A stretch of DNA of 64,000 bases from positions 283,842 to 347,841 of the forward strand of contig JAJTFA010000001.1 in the NCBI GenBank assembly GCA_021299635.1, written 5' to 3'. The translations under genes and the position numbers were made by a program. Source of the DNA: Sphingobacteriales bacterium (GTDB lineage Bacteria > Bacteroidota > Bacteroidia > UKL13-3). Of the stretch, positions 55,038 through 64,000 are shown one piece after another. The notes beneath the pieces were generated by a model that saw only the letters and a list, made by a program, of their open reading frames with translations, was not told the DNA's origin and did not search any database. Positions within the stretch are counted from its first letter, which is position 1. Each line of letters begins with the position of its first letter.

Positions 55038-56396
55038 TTATGCCGCCCCCACAACTGTTCTGCCCTTTATGCGGCCTGATTTCATCAAACCATCATAATG
55101 GCGCATAAGCAGATGACTTTCTATCTGTTGTAATGTATCCAACACCACACCAACAAGAATCAGCAAGGATGTGCCACCATAAAACTGGGCAAACTGGCTG
55201 TTAATGTTTAAAATACCTGCAAGTGAAGGAAGGATAGCAACAACTGCCAGAAATATTGCTCCCGGCAAGGTGATGCGTGACATTACATTATCAATGAAAT
55301 TTGCTGTTGCTTTACCGGGCTTTACTCCAGGTATAAACCCGCCATTTCGCTTCATATCATCAGCAATTTGGTTAGGATTTACGGCAATAGCAGTATAAAA
55401 ATATGTAAATACGATAATTAGCAAGGCAAACGTCATGTTATAACCGAATGAAGCCGGATTAATAAAAGTAGCCATTATGCCCTGCATAGTTTCATAATTA
55501 GGAAAAAACTGAGCGATTGTTGACGGTATAAACATAAGTGCCTGAGCAAAGATGATAGGCATTACACCAGCTGCATTTACTTTAAGCGGAATATACTGAC
55601 GAACCCCTCCGTACTGACGGTTTCCTACAATGCGTTTGGCATATTGTACAGGGATTTTACGAGTACCTTGTACCAGCATAATAACACCCATTATTACGGC
55701 AAACAAGGCTGCGAGCTCAACCAAGAAGATAACTAAACCACCACCTGATTCAGATAATTTGAAATTAAATTCATCTTTCAGGGCGAAGGGTAGGCGGGCT
55801 ATAATTCCTATCATGATAATGAGGGAAACACCGTTGCCAATTCCTTTATCTGTAATTCTCTCACCTAACCATAAAACAAACATGGTGCTTGCAGTGAGAA
55901 TGATTATAGAGGTAAGCATAAAGAAGAAATCACTTACCAATTCAGGATGTGTATTTGATATGATTGCTGCAGCATTTTCTGATTTTAGGTTTATAAGAAA
56001 CCCTACAGACTGAACTGCTGTAATAGCAATCGTTAAATAGCGTGTAATTTGGTTAATTTTTCTTCTGCCATCTTCACCCTCTTTTTGCATCTTCTGAAAC
56101 GAAGGTACAGCCATAGTAAGCAATTGCACAACGATAGATGCAGAAATGTAAGGCATGATGCCTAAGGCAAAAATAGAGCCTCTGGCAAACGCTCCACCTG
56201 CAAACATGTTAATTAACCCAAAGATACCTCCTGAGGCTTGTTTAGCCGATCCCTCAAGCATGTTTGGATCTACACCCGGTAAGGTAACATAAGTCCCAAC
56301 GCGGTAAATCAAAAGCATCCAAAAGGTTATCGCCAATTTATAACGAAGGTCCTCTATTCTGTAAATATTCTTTATGGTTTCAATGATTTTCTTCAT
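55038..56396 (-). CDS. secY: Preprotein translocase SecY
   Basis: [33 protein letters not shown]. Confidence 0.98.
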   Translation of the reverse strand: MKKIIETIKNIYRIEDLRYKLAITFWMLLIYRVGTYVTLPGVDPNMLEGSAKQASGGIFGLINMFAGGAFARGSIFALGIMPYISASIVVQLLTMAVPSFQKMQKEGEDGRRKINQITRYLTIAITAVQSVGFLINLKSENAAAIISNTHPELVSDFFFMLTSIIILTASTMFVLWLGERITDKGIGNGVSLIIMIGIIARLPFALKDEFNFKLSESGGGLVIFLVELAALFAVIMGVIMLVQGTRKIPVQYAKRIVGNRQYGGVRQYIPLKVNAAGVMPIIFAQALMFIPSTIAQFFPNYETMQGIMATFINPASFGYNMTFALLIIVFTYFYTAIAVNPNQIADDMKRNGGFIPGVKPGKATANFIDNVMSRITLPGAIFLAVVAILPSLAGILNINSQFAQFYGGTSLLILVGVVLDTLQQIESHLLMRHYDGLMKSGRIKGRTVVGAA

Positions 56397-56399
56397 GCG

Positions 56400-56849
56400 T
56401 TATATTTTAACGGCTGAACCACCTACGGCCTCAATATTTTTAATTGCTGTTGCTGAAAATGCGTGTGCTTTTATTTCAACTGCGGCTTTAATCTCGCCTC
56501 TGCCAAGTACTTTCACCAAATCTTTTTTAGAAACCAAACCATTATTGATTAAAGTTTCGATATCAATGGTTTTTAAGCCTTTGGCTTCTGCCAGTTTTTG
56601 AAGGGTATCCAGATTAATCGGGGTATATTCCACACGGCTTATATTTTTAAAGCCGAACTTAGGAATACGTCTGTATAATGGCATCTGACCACCTTCAAAA
56701 CCTCTTTTGGTTGAAGTACCTGAACGTGAGCCTGCACCTTTATGTCCACGTGCAGCAGTTCCGCCTTTACCACTTCCTTCACCGCGTCCTATGCGTTTTC
56801 CTTGCCTTTGTGTTGCACCTGCTGCAGGTTTTAATGAATGTAATTTCAT
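56400..56849 (-). CDS. rplO: 50S ribosomal protein L15
   Basis: GRGEGSG, GFEGGQMPL. Confidence 0.97.
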   Translation of the reverse strand: MKLHSLKPAAGATQRQGKRIGRGEGSGKGGTAARGHKGAGSRSGTSTKRGFEGGQMPLYRRIPKFGFKNISRVEYTPINLDTLQKLAEAKGLKTIDIETLINNGLVSKKDLVKVLGRGEIKAAVEIKAHAFSATAIKNIEAVGGSAVKI

Positions 56850-56871
56850 GACTTGTTTACGCTATTAATAA

Positions 56872-57051
56872 TTAAACGTTTTCAACTTTTAATAAATGAG
56901 CAACCTGATTAATCATGCCCATTATCTGAGGAGTTGCTTCCTTCTCAATGGTTTGGTTAAGTTTGGTAAAGCCCAGAGCTCTGATGGTTCTTTTTTGAGT
57001 CTCAGGACGATCTATAATGCTCTTAACCTGTGTTATTTTAACTTTAGCCAT
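56872..57051 (-). CDS. rpmD: 50S ribosomal protein L30
   Basis: Manual translation MAKVKITQVKSIIDRPETQKRTIRALG...HLLKVENV; between rpsE and rplO. Confidence 0.95.
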   Translation of the reverse strand: MAKVKITQVKSIIDRPETQKRTIRALGFTKLNQTIEKEATPQIMGMINQVAHLLKVENV

Positions 57052-57052
57052 C

Positions 57053-57574
57053 TTATTGTCCGTTAAATACTTTCTTTAATCCGATACCTCTATGTTGTGA
57101 AATGGTGTACGCATCACGCATACTCAATAATGCATTGATAGTAGCTTTAACCACATTGTGCGGGTTTGATGACCCCTTTGATTTAGCCAATACATCAGTG
57201 ATACCGGCACTTTCCAGAACGGCACGCATCGCACCACCTGCTATTACACCTGTACCATGAGCCGCAGGCTTAAGAAAAACGCGACCACCGCAGAATTTAC
57301 CGCTTTGATCATGCGGTACAGTGCCTTTAAGTACCGGAACCTTCACCAAGTTTTTCTTTGCATCATCAATACCTTTCGTGATGGCATCTGTAACTTCATT
57401 GGCTTTTCCAAGTCCGTATCCCACAATGCCATGTCCATCACCAACCACAACCAGTGCAGAGAAACTGAAGGTTCTTCCGCCCTTGGTTACTTTGGCAACA
57501 CGATTGATGGCAACCACTCTTTCTTTGAGTTCGATATCGCTTGATTTTACTCTTTTTACGTTTGCTGTAGACAT
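57053..57574 (-). CDS. rpsE: 30S ribosomal protein S5
   Basis: [18 protein letters not shown]. Confidence 0.98.
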   Translation of the reverse strand: MSTANVKRVKSSDIELKERVVAINRVAKVTKGGRTFSFSALVVVGDGHGIVGYGLGKANEVTDAITKGIDDAKKNLVKVPVLKGTVPHDQSGKFCGGRVFLKPAAHGTGVIAGGAMRAVLESAGITDVLAKSKGSSNPHNVVKATINALLSMRDAYTISQHRGIGLKKVFNGQ

Positions 57575-57603
57575 ATCTTATTTTTTGTTCAGCTGTTGCT
57601 TAA

Positions 57604-57954
57604 TTAGAATTTTAAACCTCCTTCACGTGCAGCCTCTGCAAGGCTTTTCACACGACCATGATACAAGTATCCGTTACGGTCGAATGAACAGGTAATTATT
57701 CCTGCTTTCAAGGCCTTTTCAGCCAAATCTTTACCTACCAGAGCCGATTTTTCGGTTTTGTTGGTTTTATCGGTTAATTTTTTTGATGAAGATGCTGCAA
57801 TAGTTTTTCCATGCACATCATCAATTAACTGAGCATATATTTCCTTGTTACTGCGAAATACAGATAAACGAGGCTTCTCAGGGGTTCCGAAAACCCTGCT
57901 GCGTATTTTTGCTTTAATTTTTGTTCTTCTTGCAATTTTTCTAAGTACTGCCAT
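57604..57954 (-). CDS. rplR: 50S ribosomal protein L18
   Basis: [21 protein letters not shown]. Confidence 0.97.
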   Translation of the reverse strand: MAVLRKIARRTKIKAKIRSRVFGTPEKPRLSVFRSNKEIYAQLIDDVHGKTIAASSSKKLTDKTNKTEKSALVGKDLAEKALKAGIITCSFDRNGYLYHGRVKSLAEAAREGGLKF

Positions 57955-57966
57955 AGTTGTTTACTT

Positions 57967-58521
57967 TTATTTAGCAGCTGTTTTACCAGCTTTACGTCTG
58001 AGAGCTTCTCCAACAAATTTGATACCTTTACCTTTGTATGGCTCGGGTTTACGTAAACCGCGTATTTTGGCGGCAACCTGTCCGATGAGTTGTTTATCGC
58101 AACCTTCAAGGGTAATAATTGGGTTTTTACCTTTTTCCTGCTCGGTTTTTACTTTTAATTCTTTTGGTATTTCAAAATAAATATGGTGAGAATAACCAAG
58201 TGTTAAATCAAGAACATTGCCATCATTTGCTGCTTTGTAACCTACACCAACCAATTCCTGTTTAACAGTATAGCCATTGGTAACACCAAATACCATGTTG
58301 TTTAATAACGCACGGTAAAGGCCGTGTAAGGCTTTGTGTCTTTTCTGATCGGTAGGGCGGGAGATATTAATCTCTTCGTTTTCAATATTAATTTTGATAT
58401 CAGGATTAATCTGCTGCTGCAATTCTCCTTTAGGACCTTTAACAGTAACCAGATTACTTGGTGAAACTTTTACTTCAACGCCTTTTGGCAATTTTATGGG
58501 TGCTTTTCCTATACGTGACAT
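57967..58521 (-). CDS. rplF: 50S ribosomal protein L6
   Basis: MSRIGK, PEPYKGKG. Confidence 0.98.
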   Translation of the reverse strand: MSRIGKAPIKLPKGVEVKVSPSNLVTVKGPKGELQQQINPDIKINIENEEINISRPTDQKRHKALHGLYRALLNNMVFGVTNGYTVKQELVGVGYKAANDGNVLDLTLGYSHHIYFEIPKELKVKTEQEKGKNPIITLEGCDKQLIGQVAAKIRGLRKPEPYKGKGIKFVGEALRRKAGKTAAK

Positions 58522-58542
58522 GTTTTTACCTCCTTCAGAATA

Positions 58543-58941
58543 TTAATAAACATAACATAAAACTTCTCCACCAACATTCAGTTTGCGGGCTTCCTTATCT
58601 GTCATTACACCTTTAGAGGTAGTAAGTATGGCAACACCAAGACCATTGATAACACGCGGCATAGTTGATACACCTGAATACATACGTAAACCGGGTGTAC
58701 TGATTCTTTCCAGGTATTTAATAGCCGGTGCCTTGGTTACAGGGTGATACTTCAAGGCAATTTTAATTGTGCCCTGATGGTTTTGAACATCATCGAACTT
58801 ATAGTTCAGGATGTAACCTTTTTCAAATAGAACTTTGGTAATCTCCTTCTTTAGTTTTGATGAAGGGATTTCAACAATGCGATGGTTTGCCTTGATCGCG
58901 TTGCGTAACCTTGTCAGATAATCTGCAATAGGATCTGTCAT
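58543..58941 (-). CDS. rpsH: 30S ribosomal protein S8
   Basis: DPIADYLTRLRNA, STPGLR, GGEVLC. Confidence 0.98.
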   Translation of the reverse strand: MTDPIADYLTRLRNAIKANHRIVEIPSSKLKKEITKVLFEKGYILNYKFDDVQNHQGTIKIALKYHPVTKAPAIKYLERISTPGLRMYSGVSTMPRVINGLGVAILTTSKGVMTDKEARKLNVGGEVLCYVY

Positions 58942-58955
58942 AATTATTTTTTTGT

Positions 58956-58999
58956 ACTTGCCGGCAGTAAGCCAAGGCTTTTACTCTTACCGGCTAAGT
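58956..58999 (-). promoter_or_regulatory. Bulged hairpin in the rpsH leader (candidate r-protein leader)
   Basis: ACTT.GCCGG...AAGCC TT GGCTT...CCGGC AAGT, 14 nt before the ATG. Confidence 0.4.
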
Positions 59000-59081
59000 G
59001 GTTTTAAAATTTGAAACGAGGCGCGAATATACGGGAGTTATTTTAAAATCCTGTATCTCCGAGCAATATTTTTTGTTTGTC

Positions 59082-59351
59082 TTACCAGCTTGATTTGGTA
59101 ATTCCCGGTATCTTGCCCATGTTAGCCAGTTCGCGGAACTGGTTACGGCAGATGCCAAAATCGCGCATGTAACCTTTAGGACGACCTGTAAGTTTGCATC
59201 GATTTTTTAGGCGTACGGGTGAAGCATTGCGAGGCAATTTTTGAATTGCATCCCAATCTCCAGCAGCTTTTAATGCTTCGCGTTTTGCAGCATAGCGGGC
59301 TACCAATTTCTCTCTTTTAAGCTGGCGAGCTTTTACCGATTCTTTTGCCAT
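59082..59351 (-). CDS. rpsN: 30S ribosomal protein S14
   Basis: [22 protein letters not shown]. Confidence 0.97.
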   Translation of the reverse strand: MAKESVKARQLKREKLVARYAAKREALKAAGDWDAIQKLPRNASPVRLKNRCKLTGRPKGYMRDFGICRNQFRELANMGKIPGITKSSW

Positions 59352-59353
59352 GT

Positions 59354-59908
59354 TTATTTATTCTGGTTTTTAAATGGTAATCCAAATTCCTTTAATAACG
59401 ACAAGCACTCTTCATCTGTTTGTGCGGTGGTTACAAAAGTTATATCCATACCGTTAATACGGTTTACTTTATCAATCACAATTTCAGGGAAAATTATTTG
59501 TTCTGTTACACCCATGGAATAGTTACCACGGCCGTCAAAACCTTTTTCGTTTAATCCGGCAAAATCGCGCACACGAGGAAGTGATATGGCTACCAAACGA
59601 TCTAGAAATTCATACATTCTATCGCCACGCAGTGTAACACGCGCACCAATAGGAAGGTTCTCTCTTAATTTAAAGTTAGAGATAGCTTTCTTTGATTTTG
59701 TGGCAACTGCTTTTTGGCCAGCAATAATGCTCATTTCTTCTACAGCCTGATCAACCAGTTTCTTATCGGCAACCGCAGCACCCACACCTTGGTTGATGCA
59801 TATTTTGGTAAGCTTAGGTACCTGCATCATGTTTCTGTAACCGAACTTTTCTTTTAAAGCCGGAATAACATCTTTGCTGTATTTTTCTTTTAACCTTGGA
59901 GTATACAT
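59354..59908 (-). CDS. rplE: 50S ribosomal protein L5
   Basis: VTLRG, LPRVRDF, FDGRGNY. Confidence 0.98.
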   Translation of the reverse strand: MYTPRLKEKYSKDVIPALKEKFGYRNMMQVPKLTKICINQGVGAAVADKKLVDQAVEEMSIIAGQKAVATKSKKAISNFKLRENLPIGARVTLRGDRMYEFLDRLVAISLPRVRDFAGLNEKGFDGRGNYSMGVTEQIIFPEIVIDKVNRINGMDITFVTTAQTDEECLSLLKEFGLPFKNQNK

Positions 59909-59913
59909 ATCTA

Positions 59914-60252
59914 TTATTCAATTACTTCACCTGATTTTTTTGAATAGCGAACCAACTTGCCTGCATCATTAAGTTTGCGGCCTATTCGGGTTGCATTCCC
60001 TGTTTTATCAACCACTTTAAGATTGGATATATTTACAGGAGCTTCTTTTTTAATAATTCCGCCTTGCTGGTTTTGCGCATTTGGTTTGGTATGGCGGCTT
60101 ACTATGTTTATACCTTCAATTAATGCGCGGTTTTGGGCATTCATCACCTCGATTACACGGCCTTTTTTGCCTTTGTCATCTCCGGCAATTACCATTACCA
60201 TATCTCCTTTTTTAATGTGGAGTTTTGCTTGTGTGTTATATTTCCTTGCCAT
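59914..60252 (-). CDS. rplX: 50S ribosomal protein L24
   Basis: IKKGD.V.VIAG.DKGK.G. Confidence 0.97.
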   Translation of the reverse strand: MARKYNTQAKLHIKKGDMVMVIAGDDKGKKGRVIEVMNAQNRALIEGINIVSRHTKPNAQNQQGGIIKKEAPVNISNLKVVDKTGNATRIGRKLNDAGKLVRYSKKSGEVIE

Positions 60253-60253
60253 T

Positions 60254-60622
60254 TTATAGTACCTCCGGTGCTAATGATACGATTTTCATAAATTGTTTTT
60301 CCCTCAGTTCGCGAGCCACCGGACCGAAAATACGGGTTGCTCTAGGCTCGTCCTGTGCATTTAGCAATACGCATGAGTTATCATCAAAGCGGATATATGA
60401 ACCATCTGCTCTGCGAATTTCTTTCTTAGTGCGCACCACCACTGCCTTAGAAACTGCTCCTTTTTTAACACCACCTGAAGGTATGGCTGATTTTACCGAC
60501 ACCACAATTTTATCGCCTACAGAGGCGTAGCGTCTGCCTGTACCTCCAAGCACTCTGATACAAAGTACTTCTTTTGCACCGCTGTTGTCAGCTACTTTTA
60601 GTCTTGATTCTTGCTGTATCAT
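60254..60622 (-). CDS. rplN: 50S ribosomal protein L14
   Basis: [22 protein letters not shown]. Confidence 0.98.
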   Translation of the reverse strand: MIQQESRLKVADNSGAKEVLCIRVLGGTGRRYASVGDKIVVSVKSAIPSGGVKKGAVSKAVVVRTKKEIRRADGSYIRFDDNSCVLLNAQDEPRATRIFGPVARELREKQFMKIVSLAPEVL

Positions 60623-60624
60623 GA

Positions 60625-60894
60625 TTACTTAGCTTTTTCAATTATTTCAACTAATCTCCATCTTTTATCCTTGCTCAACGGACGAGTTTCCATGAGTTTA
60701 ACCACATCATTGATGCTACACTCATTTTTCTCATCATGAGCCTTAAATTTCGAGGTCATTTTGATGAACTTACCATATTTTGGATGCATTACTTTACGTT
60801 CAACTGCAACCACTATGGTTTTTTGCATTTTATTGCTCACCACTTTTCCAATGATGACCTTGCGCGAATTTCTTATTTCTGCTGTTGTTTCCAT
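60625..60894 (-). CDS. rpsQ: 30S ribosomal protein S17
   Basis: G.VVSNKM.KTIVV, ETRPLSK.KRW. Confidence 0.97.
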   Translation of the reverse strand: METTAEIRNSRKVIIGKVVSNKMQKTIVVAVERKVMHPKYGKFIKMTSKFKAHDEKNECSINDVVKLMETRPLSKDKRWRLVEIIEKAK

Positions 60895-60903
60895 TGTTTA
60901 ATA

Positions 60904-61104
60904 TTATTGGGCATTCGCTAATTGCCTCTTTTTCTGCTCAGTTAGCAGGCGTGCAATTGTTTTTTTGTTTTCTTTGAGTCTGTTCGGATTATCAAGCGGT
61001 GATACTGCATGAGTAAAGTTAAGCTTGGTTAAAGCCACTTTTTCTTCTTTAATGCGTACGGCTAATTCTTTATCCGACAATTCTCTGATTTCTGCGTTCT
61101 TCAT
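60904..61104 (-). CDS. rpmC: 50S ribosomal protein L29
   Basis: EIRELS, IARLLTE; synteny. Confidence 0.95.
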   Translation of the reverse strand: MKNAEIRELSDKELAVRIKEEKVALTKLNFTHAVSPLDNPNRLKENKKTIARLLTEQKKRQLANAQ

Positions 61105-61105
61105 A

Positions 61106-61525
61106 TTATTCAGTATAATCAGGTTTTACCACAAATTTTGTTGTTACCGGTAGTTTTTGAGCTGCCAGTCGCATAGCTTCTTTAGCTACTGCCATAGGTA
61201 CACCATCTATTTCAAACATGATGGTTCCGGGTTTGATTGGGGCTACCCAAAATTCTGGCGCACCTTTACCTTTACCCATACGTACCTCTGCGGGTTTGCG
61301 TGTCATTGGTTTATCAGGGAATATTCTAATCCACACCTGACCTTCCCGTTTCATAAAACGGGTTAGGGCCACACGTGCAGCTTCAAGCTGTTTAGAAGTA
61401 ATGTGGTTTGGTTCCATTGACTTAAGGCCAAATGAACCAAAGTCAAGGCTGTATCCGCGGGTAGCATTACCTCTGTTTCGGCCTTTTTGCTGCTTTCTGT
61501 ATTTTGTTCTTTTAGGCTGTAACAT
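61106..61525 (-). CDS. rplP: 50S ribosomal protein L16
   Basis: [18 protein letters not shown]. Confidence 0.98.
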   Translation of the reverse strand: MLQPKRTKYRKQQKGRNRGNATRGYSLDFGSFGLKSMEPNHITSKQLEAARVALTRFMKREGQVWIRIFPDKPMTRKPAEVRMGKGKGAPEFWVAPIKPGTIMFEIDGVPMAVAKEAMRLAAQKLPVTTKFVVKPDYTE

Positions 61526-61552
61526 TTCCTAAAACTATTATCTGGTTAATAA

Positions 61553-62311
61553 TTATTTTTTCTTTCTTCTTTTATCGCCACCACGTGGAGCTCTGTCGCC
61601 TCTGTCACCTCTTTCAGGGCGATCTCCGCCACGTTGTCCGCCACGTTCGCTGTTTGAGAGTCCAATGTTAGGAGAGAGGTCTCTCTTACCATATACTTCG
61701 CCACGGCAAATCCACACTTTGATACCAATTTTTCCGTACACGGTTAATGCTTCAGCAATGGTATAATCAATATCTGCTCTTAGCGTATGCAAAGGTGTGC
61801 GGCCTTCTTTGTAAGTTTCGGTACGTGCCATTTCTGATCCTGCCAAACGGCCTGAAACAGTAATCTTGATACCTTCAGCACCCATTCTCATGGTGGAGGC
61901 AATTGCGGTTTTAAGAGCACGTTTGTATGAAACACGACCTTCAATTTGGCTTGCAATGGTTTCACCAACCAAAGCTGCATCTAGTTCAGGACGTTTAATT
62001 TCAAAAATATTGATTTGAACATCCTTCTTGGTAAGCTTCTTAATTTCTTCCTTTATCTTGTCAACCTCAGCTCCTCCTTTACCTATAACAATACCCGGAC
62101 GGGAAGTGTGTATAGTAATGATGACGCGTTTAATGGTACGCTCAATAATAATGCGTGCTATACCACCTTTGCTGATACGGGCGTGCAAATACTTTCTGAT
62201 TTTCTCATCTTCAATGAGCTTTTCAGCGAAGTTATTTCCTCCGTACCAATTGCTTTCCCAGCCACGAATGATACCAAGTCTTAATCCTATCGGGTTTACT
62301 TTTTGTCCCAT
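61553..62311 (-). CDS. rpsC: 30S ribosomal protein S3
   Basis: [24 protein letters not shown]. Confidence 0.98.
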   Translation of the reverse strand: MGQKVNPIGLRLGIIRGWESNWYGGNNFAEKLIEDEKIRKYLHARISKGGIARIIIERTIKRVIITIHTSRPGIVIGKGGAEVDKIKEEIKKLTKKDVQINIFEIKRPELDAALVGETIASQIEGRVSYKRALKTAIASTMRMGAEGIKITVSGRLAGSEMARTETYKEGRTPLHTLRADIDYTIAEALTVYGKIGIKVWICRGEVYGKRDLSPNIGLSNSERGGQRGGDRPERGDRGDRAPRGGDKRRKKK

Positions 62312-62324
62312 TATCTTATGTTTT

Positions 62325-62708
62325 TTATTCCTGGTTAGTTGTTTCTGTTGCTACTGTGTTGGCTACTTTGCTATCAACAATCATGGTTACGTGGTTAGAG
62401 CGTTTTCTTACCCTGTAAGCCCTGCCTTGAGGTGCTGGTAAAACTCTTTTTTGCATGGCACCGCCATCAACAAAAATAGTTTTTACATACAGTTGTGCAT
62501 CTTCTACACGTGAGCCTTCATTTTTTTGTTCCCAATTGGCAATGGCCGAGCGGAGTAATTTTTCCAATCTGGCAGCATATTCCTGTTTGTTGTTAAAACG
62601 CAGGATACCAAATGCTTCTTCAACTCGTTTACCGCGAATCAAATCTACCACCAGGCGCATCTTGCGCGGAGAGGTAGGGCAATTATTCAATTTTGCTACT
62701 GCTTCCAT
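62325..62708 (-). CDS. rplV: 50S ribosomal protein L22
   Basis: [18 protein letters not shown]. Confidence 0.97.
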   Translation of the reverse strand: MEAVAKLNNCPTSPRKMRLVVDLIRGKRVEEAFGILRFNNKQEYAARLEKLLRSAIANWEQKNEGSRVEDAQLYVKTIFVDGGAMQKRVLPAPQGRAYRVRKRSNHVTMIVDSKVANTVATETTNQE

Positions 62709-62710
62709 GC

Positions 62711-62977
62711 TTAGTCTTTCTTAATTGGGTGAGTTTTGAATGTGCGGGTAGGAGCAAATTCACCGAATTTATGACCTACCATATTCTCGGTAACATATAC
62801 CGGAATAAATTTATTTCCGTTATGAACCGCAAAAGTATGACCAACCATATCAGGAATGATCATAGATCTGCGTGACCATGTTTTAATCACAGATTTCTTT
62901 TTGTTTTCGTTCATGGCGCCAACTTTCTTAGAAAGCTTTACGTCAACGAAGGGTCCTTTTTTTAGTGAGCGAGTCAT
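62711..62977 (-). CDS. rpsS: 30S ribosomal protein S19
   Basis: [19 protein letters not shown]. Confidence 0.98.
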   Translation of the reverse strand: MTRSLKKGPFVDVKLSKKVGAMNENKKKSVIKTWSRRSMIIPDMVGHTFAVHNGNKFIPVYVTENMVGHKFGEFAPTRTFKTHPIKKD

Positions 62978-62986
62978 ATTCCTTTA

Positions 62987-63811
62987 TTACTTCTTACGTC
63001 TTTCAATGATGAATCTGTTTGAATATTTCTTAGGCGTACGCGTCTTGTATCCTTTAGATTTTAAGCCTTTGCGTGAGCGTGGGTGACCACCTGAAGCTCT
63101 ACCTTCACCACCGCCCATCGGGTGATCTACAGGGTTCATAGCTACAGCGCGGTTACGTGGCCTGCGACCTCTCCATCTGTTTGCACCGGCTTTACCTTTG
63201 CGTTCAAGAATGTGGTCAGGATTAGATACAGAACCTACGGTTGCCATGCAGGCTGCAACAATCATGCGGGTTTCGCCTGATGCCAATTTTACGATGGCAT
63301 ATTTCCCATCGCGGTTTAGCAACTGAGCAAAAGAACCTGCTGAACGCACAAGCTTACCTCCACGACCTGGTTGCAACTCAATATTGTGAACCAATGAACC
63401 AAGAGGGATTTGGCTTAGTGGTAAAGTATTTCCGATTTCCGGTGCTGCTTTTGGACCATTCACTATGGTTTGACCAACTTGTAAACCTTGAGGTGCCAAA
63501 ATATATCTTTTCTCACCATCGGCATAATGCAATAAAGCGATACGGCCGCTACGATTTGGATCATACTCAATAGAAGCAACTTTTGCAGGAATATCGATTT
63601 TGTTGCGTTTAAAATCAATAACGCGGTACTTCTTTTTATGACCACCTCCAAGATAGCGCATGGTCATCTTTCCGGTGTTGTTACGACCTCCGGAGCTCTT
63701 TTTTGACACCAATAGTGACTTTTCAGGAGTTGATTTAGTAATCTCCTCGAAAGTGTTGGCCGCTTTAAATCGCGTTCCTGGTGTGACTGGTCTGAATTTT
63801 CTAATTCCCAT
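62987..63811 (-). CDS. rplB: 50S ribosomal protein L2
   Basis: [27 protein letters not shown]. Confidence 0.98.
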   Translation of the reverse strand: MGIRKFRPVTPGTRFKAANTFEEITKSTPEKSLLVSKKSSGGRNNTGKMTMRYLGGGHKKKYRVIDFKRNKIDIPAKVASIEYDPNRSGRIALLHYADGEKRYILAPQGLQVGQTIVNGPKAAPEIGNTLPLSQIPLGSLVHNIELQPGRGGKLVRSAGSFAQLLNRDGKYAIVKLASGETRMIVAACMATVGSVSNPDHILERKGKAGANRWRGRRPRNRAVAMNPVDHPMGGGEGRASGGHPRSRKGLKSKGYKTRTPKKYSNRFIIERRKK

Positions 63812-63818
63812 TGTTCAA

Positions 63819-64000
63819 TTAAATGTTTGCAAAGAAGTCGATCTTTTGACCTTCTTTCAGTGTAACAATCGCTTTTTTGTAAGACGGTCTTCTTCCGCTG
63901 AAGATACCGCGTTTGGTGAACCTCGACTTGGTTTTTCCAGCATATATTGCAGTGCTGATATTCGTCACGCTCACTCCATACATTTTTTCAATCGCCTCTT
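63819..64000 (-). CDS. rplW: 50S ribosomal protein L23 (3' part, runs off window)
   Basis: Minus strand ...[10 protein letters not shown]...[20 protein letters not shown]; upstream of rplB. Confidence 0.93.
   Translation of the reverse strand, partial: EAIEKMYGVSVTNISTAIYAGKTKSRFTKRGIFSGRRPSYKKAIVTLKEGQKIDFFANI

Noticed and set aside
54983..55054. N-terminal extension of infA in the ORF track
   Set aside because: Overlaps the secY stop and a TATCTTTG promoter box (55003-55010); IF-1 homology begins at ATG 54982.

Overview
Bacteroidota chromosomal window (TAnnTTTG promoter boxes, MurF-Alr fusion, T9SS cargo protein, Zn-free L36). It is mostly housekeeping: mreB, purH/purN, ribH, pdhB, lysS, rlmN, hisS/hutH, groES/EL, serS, lpdA, accA, surE, fbp, lysC, folK, queA, gyrB, leuS and the S10-spc-alpha ribosomal protein cluster. 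The exception is ~31.7-34.3 kb. There, tRNA-Asp(GTC) and tRNA-Ala(GGC) are each followed by a small stand-alone GIY-YIG nuclease gene and then by a second copy of that tRNA's 3' part and terminator. tRNA-Ala is also preceded by two tandem copies of its 5' part. Every tRNA-derived copy carries hairpins with shared termini, YCCCGA...TCGGGR (seven in total), inserted into or replacing tRNA structural elements (D-loop, anticodon arm, T-loop). No integrase or transposase is present. This is the best candidate for an undescribed tRNA-targeting nuclease/palindrome system. Other oddities: a duplicated lysS 3' end, a ~470 bp intergenic mosaic of 7-8 bp periodic repeats, a Flavo-1-like structured repeat, a sigma54-like groES promoter and a hairpin leader before rpsH. 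All calls are by eye from the sequence and ORF track; no database searches were run.
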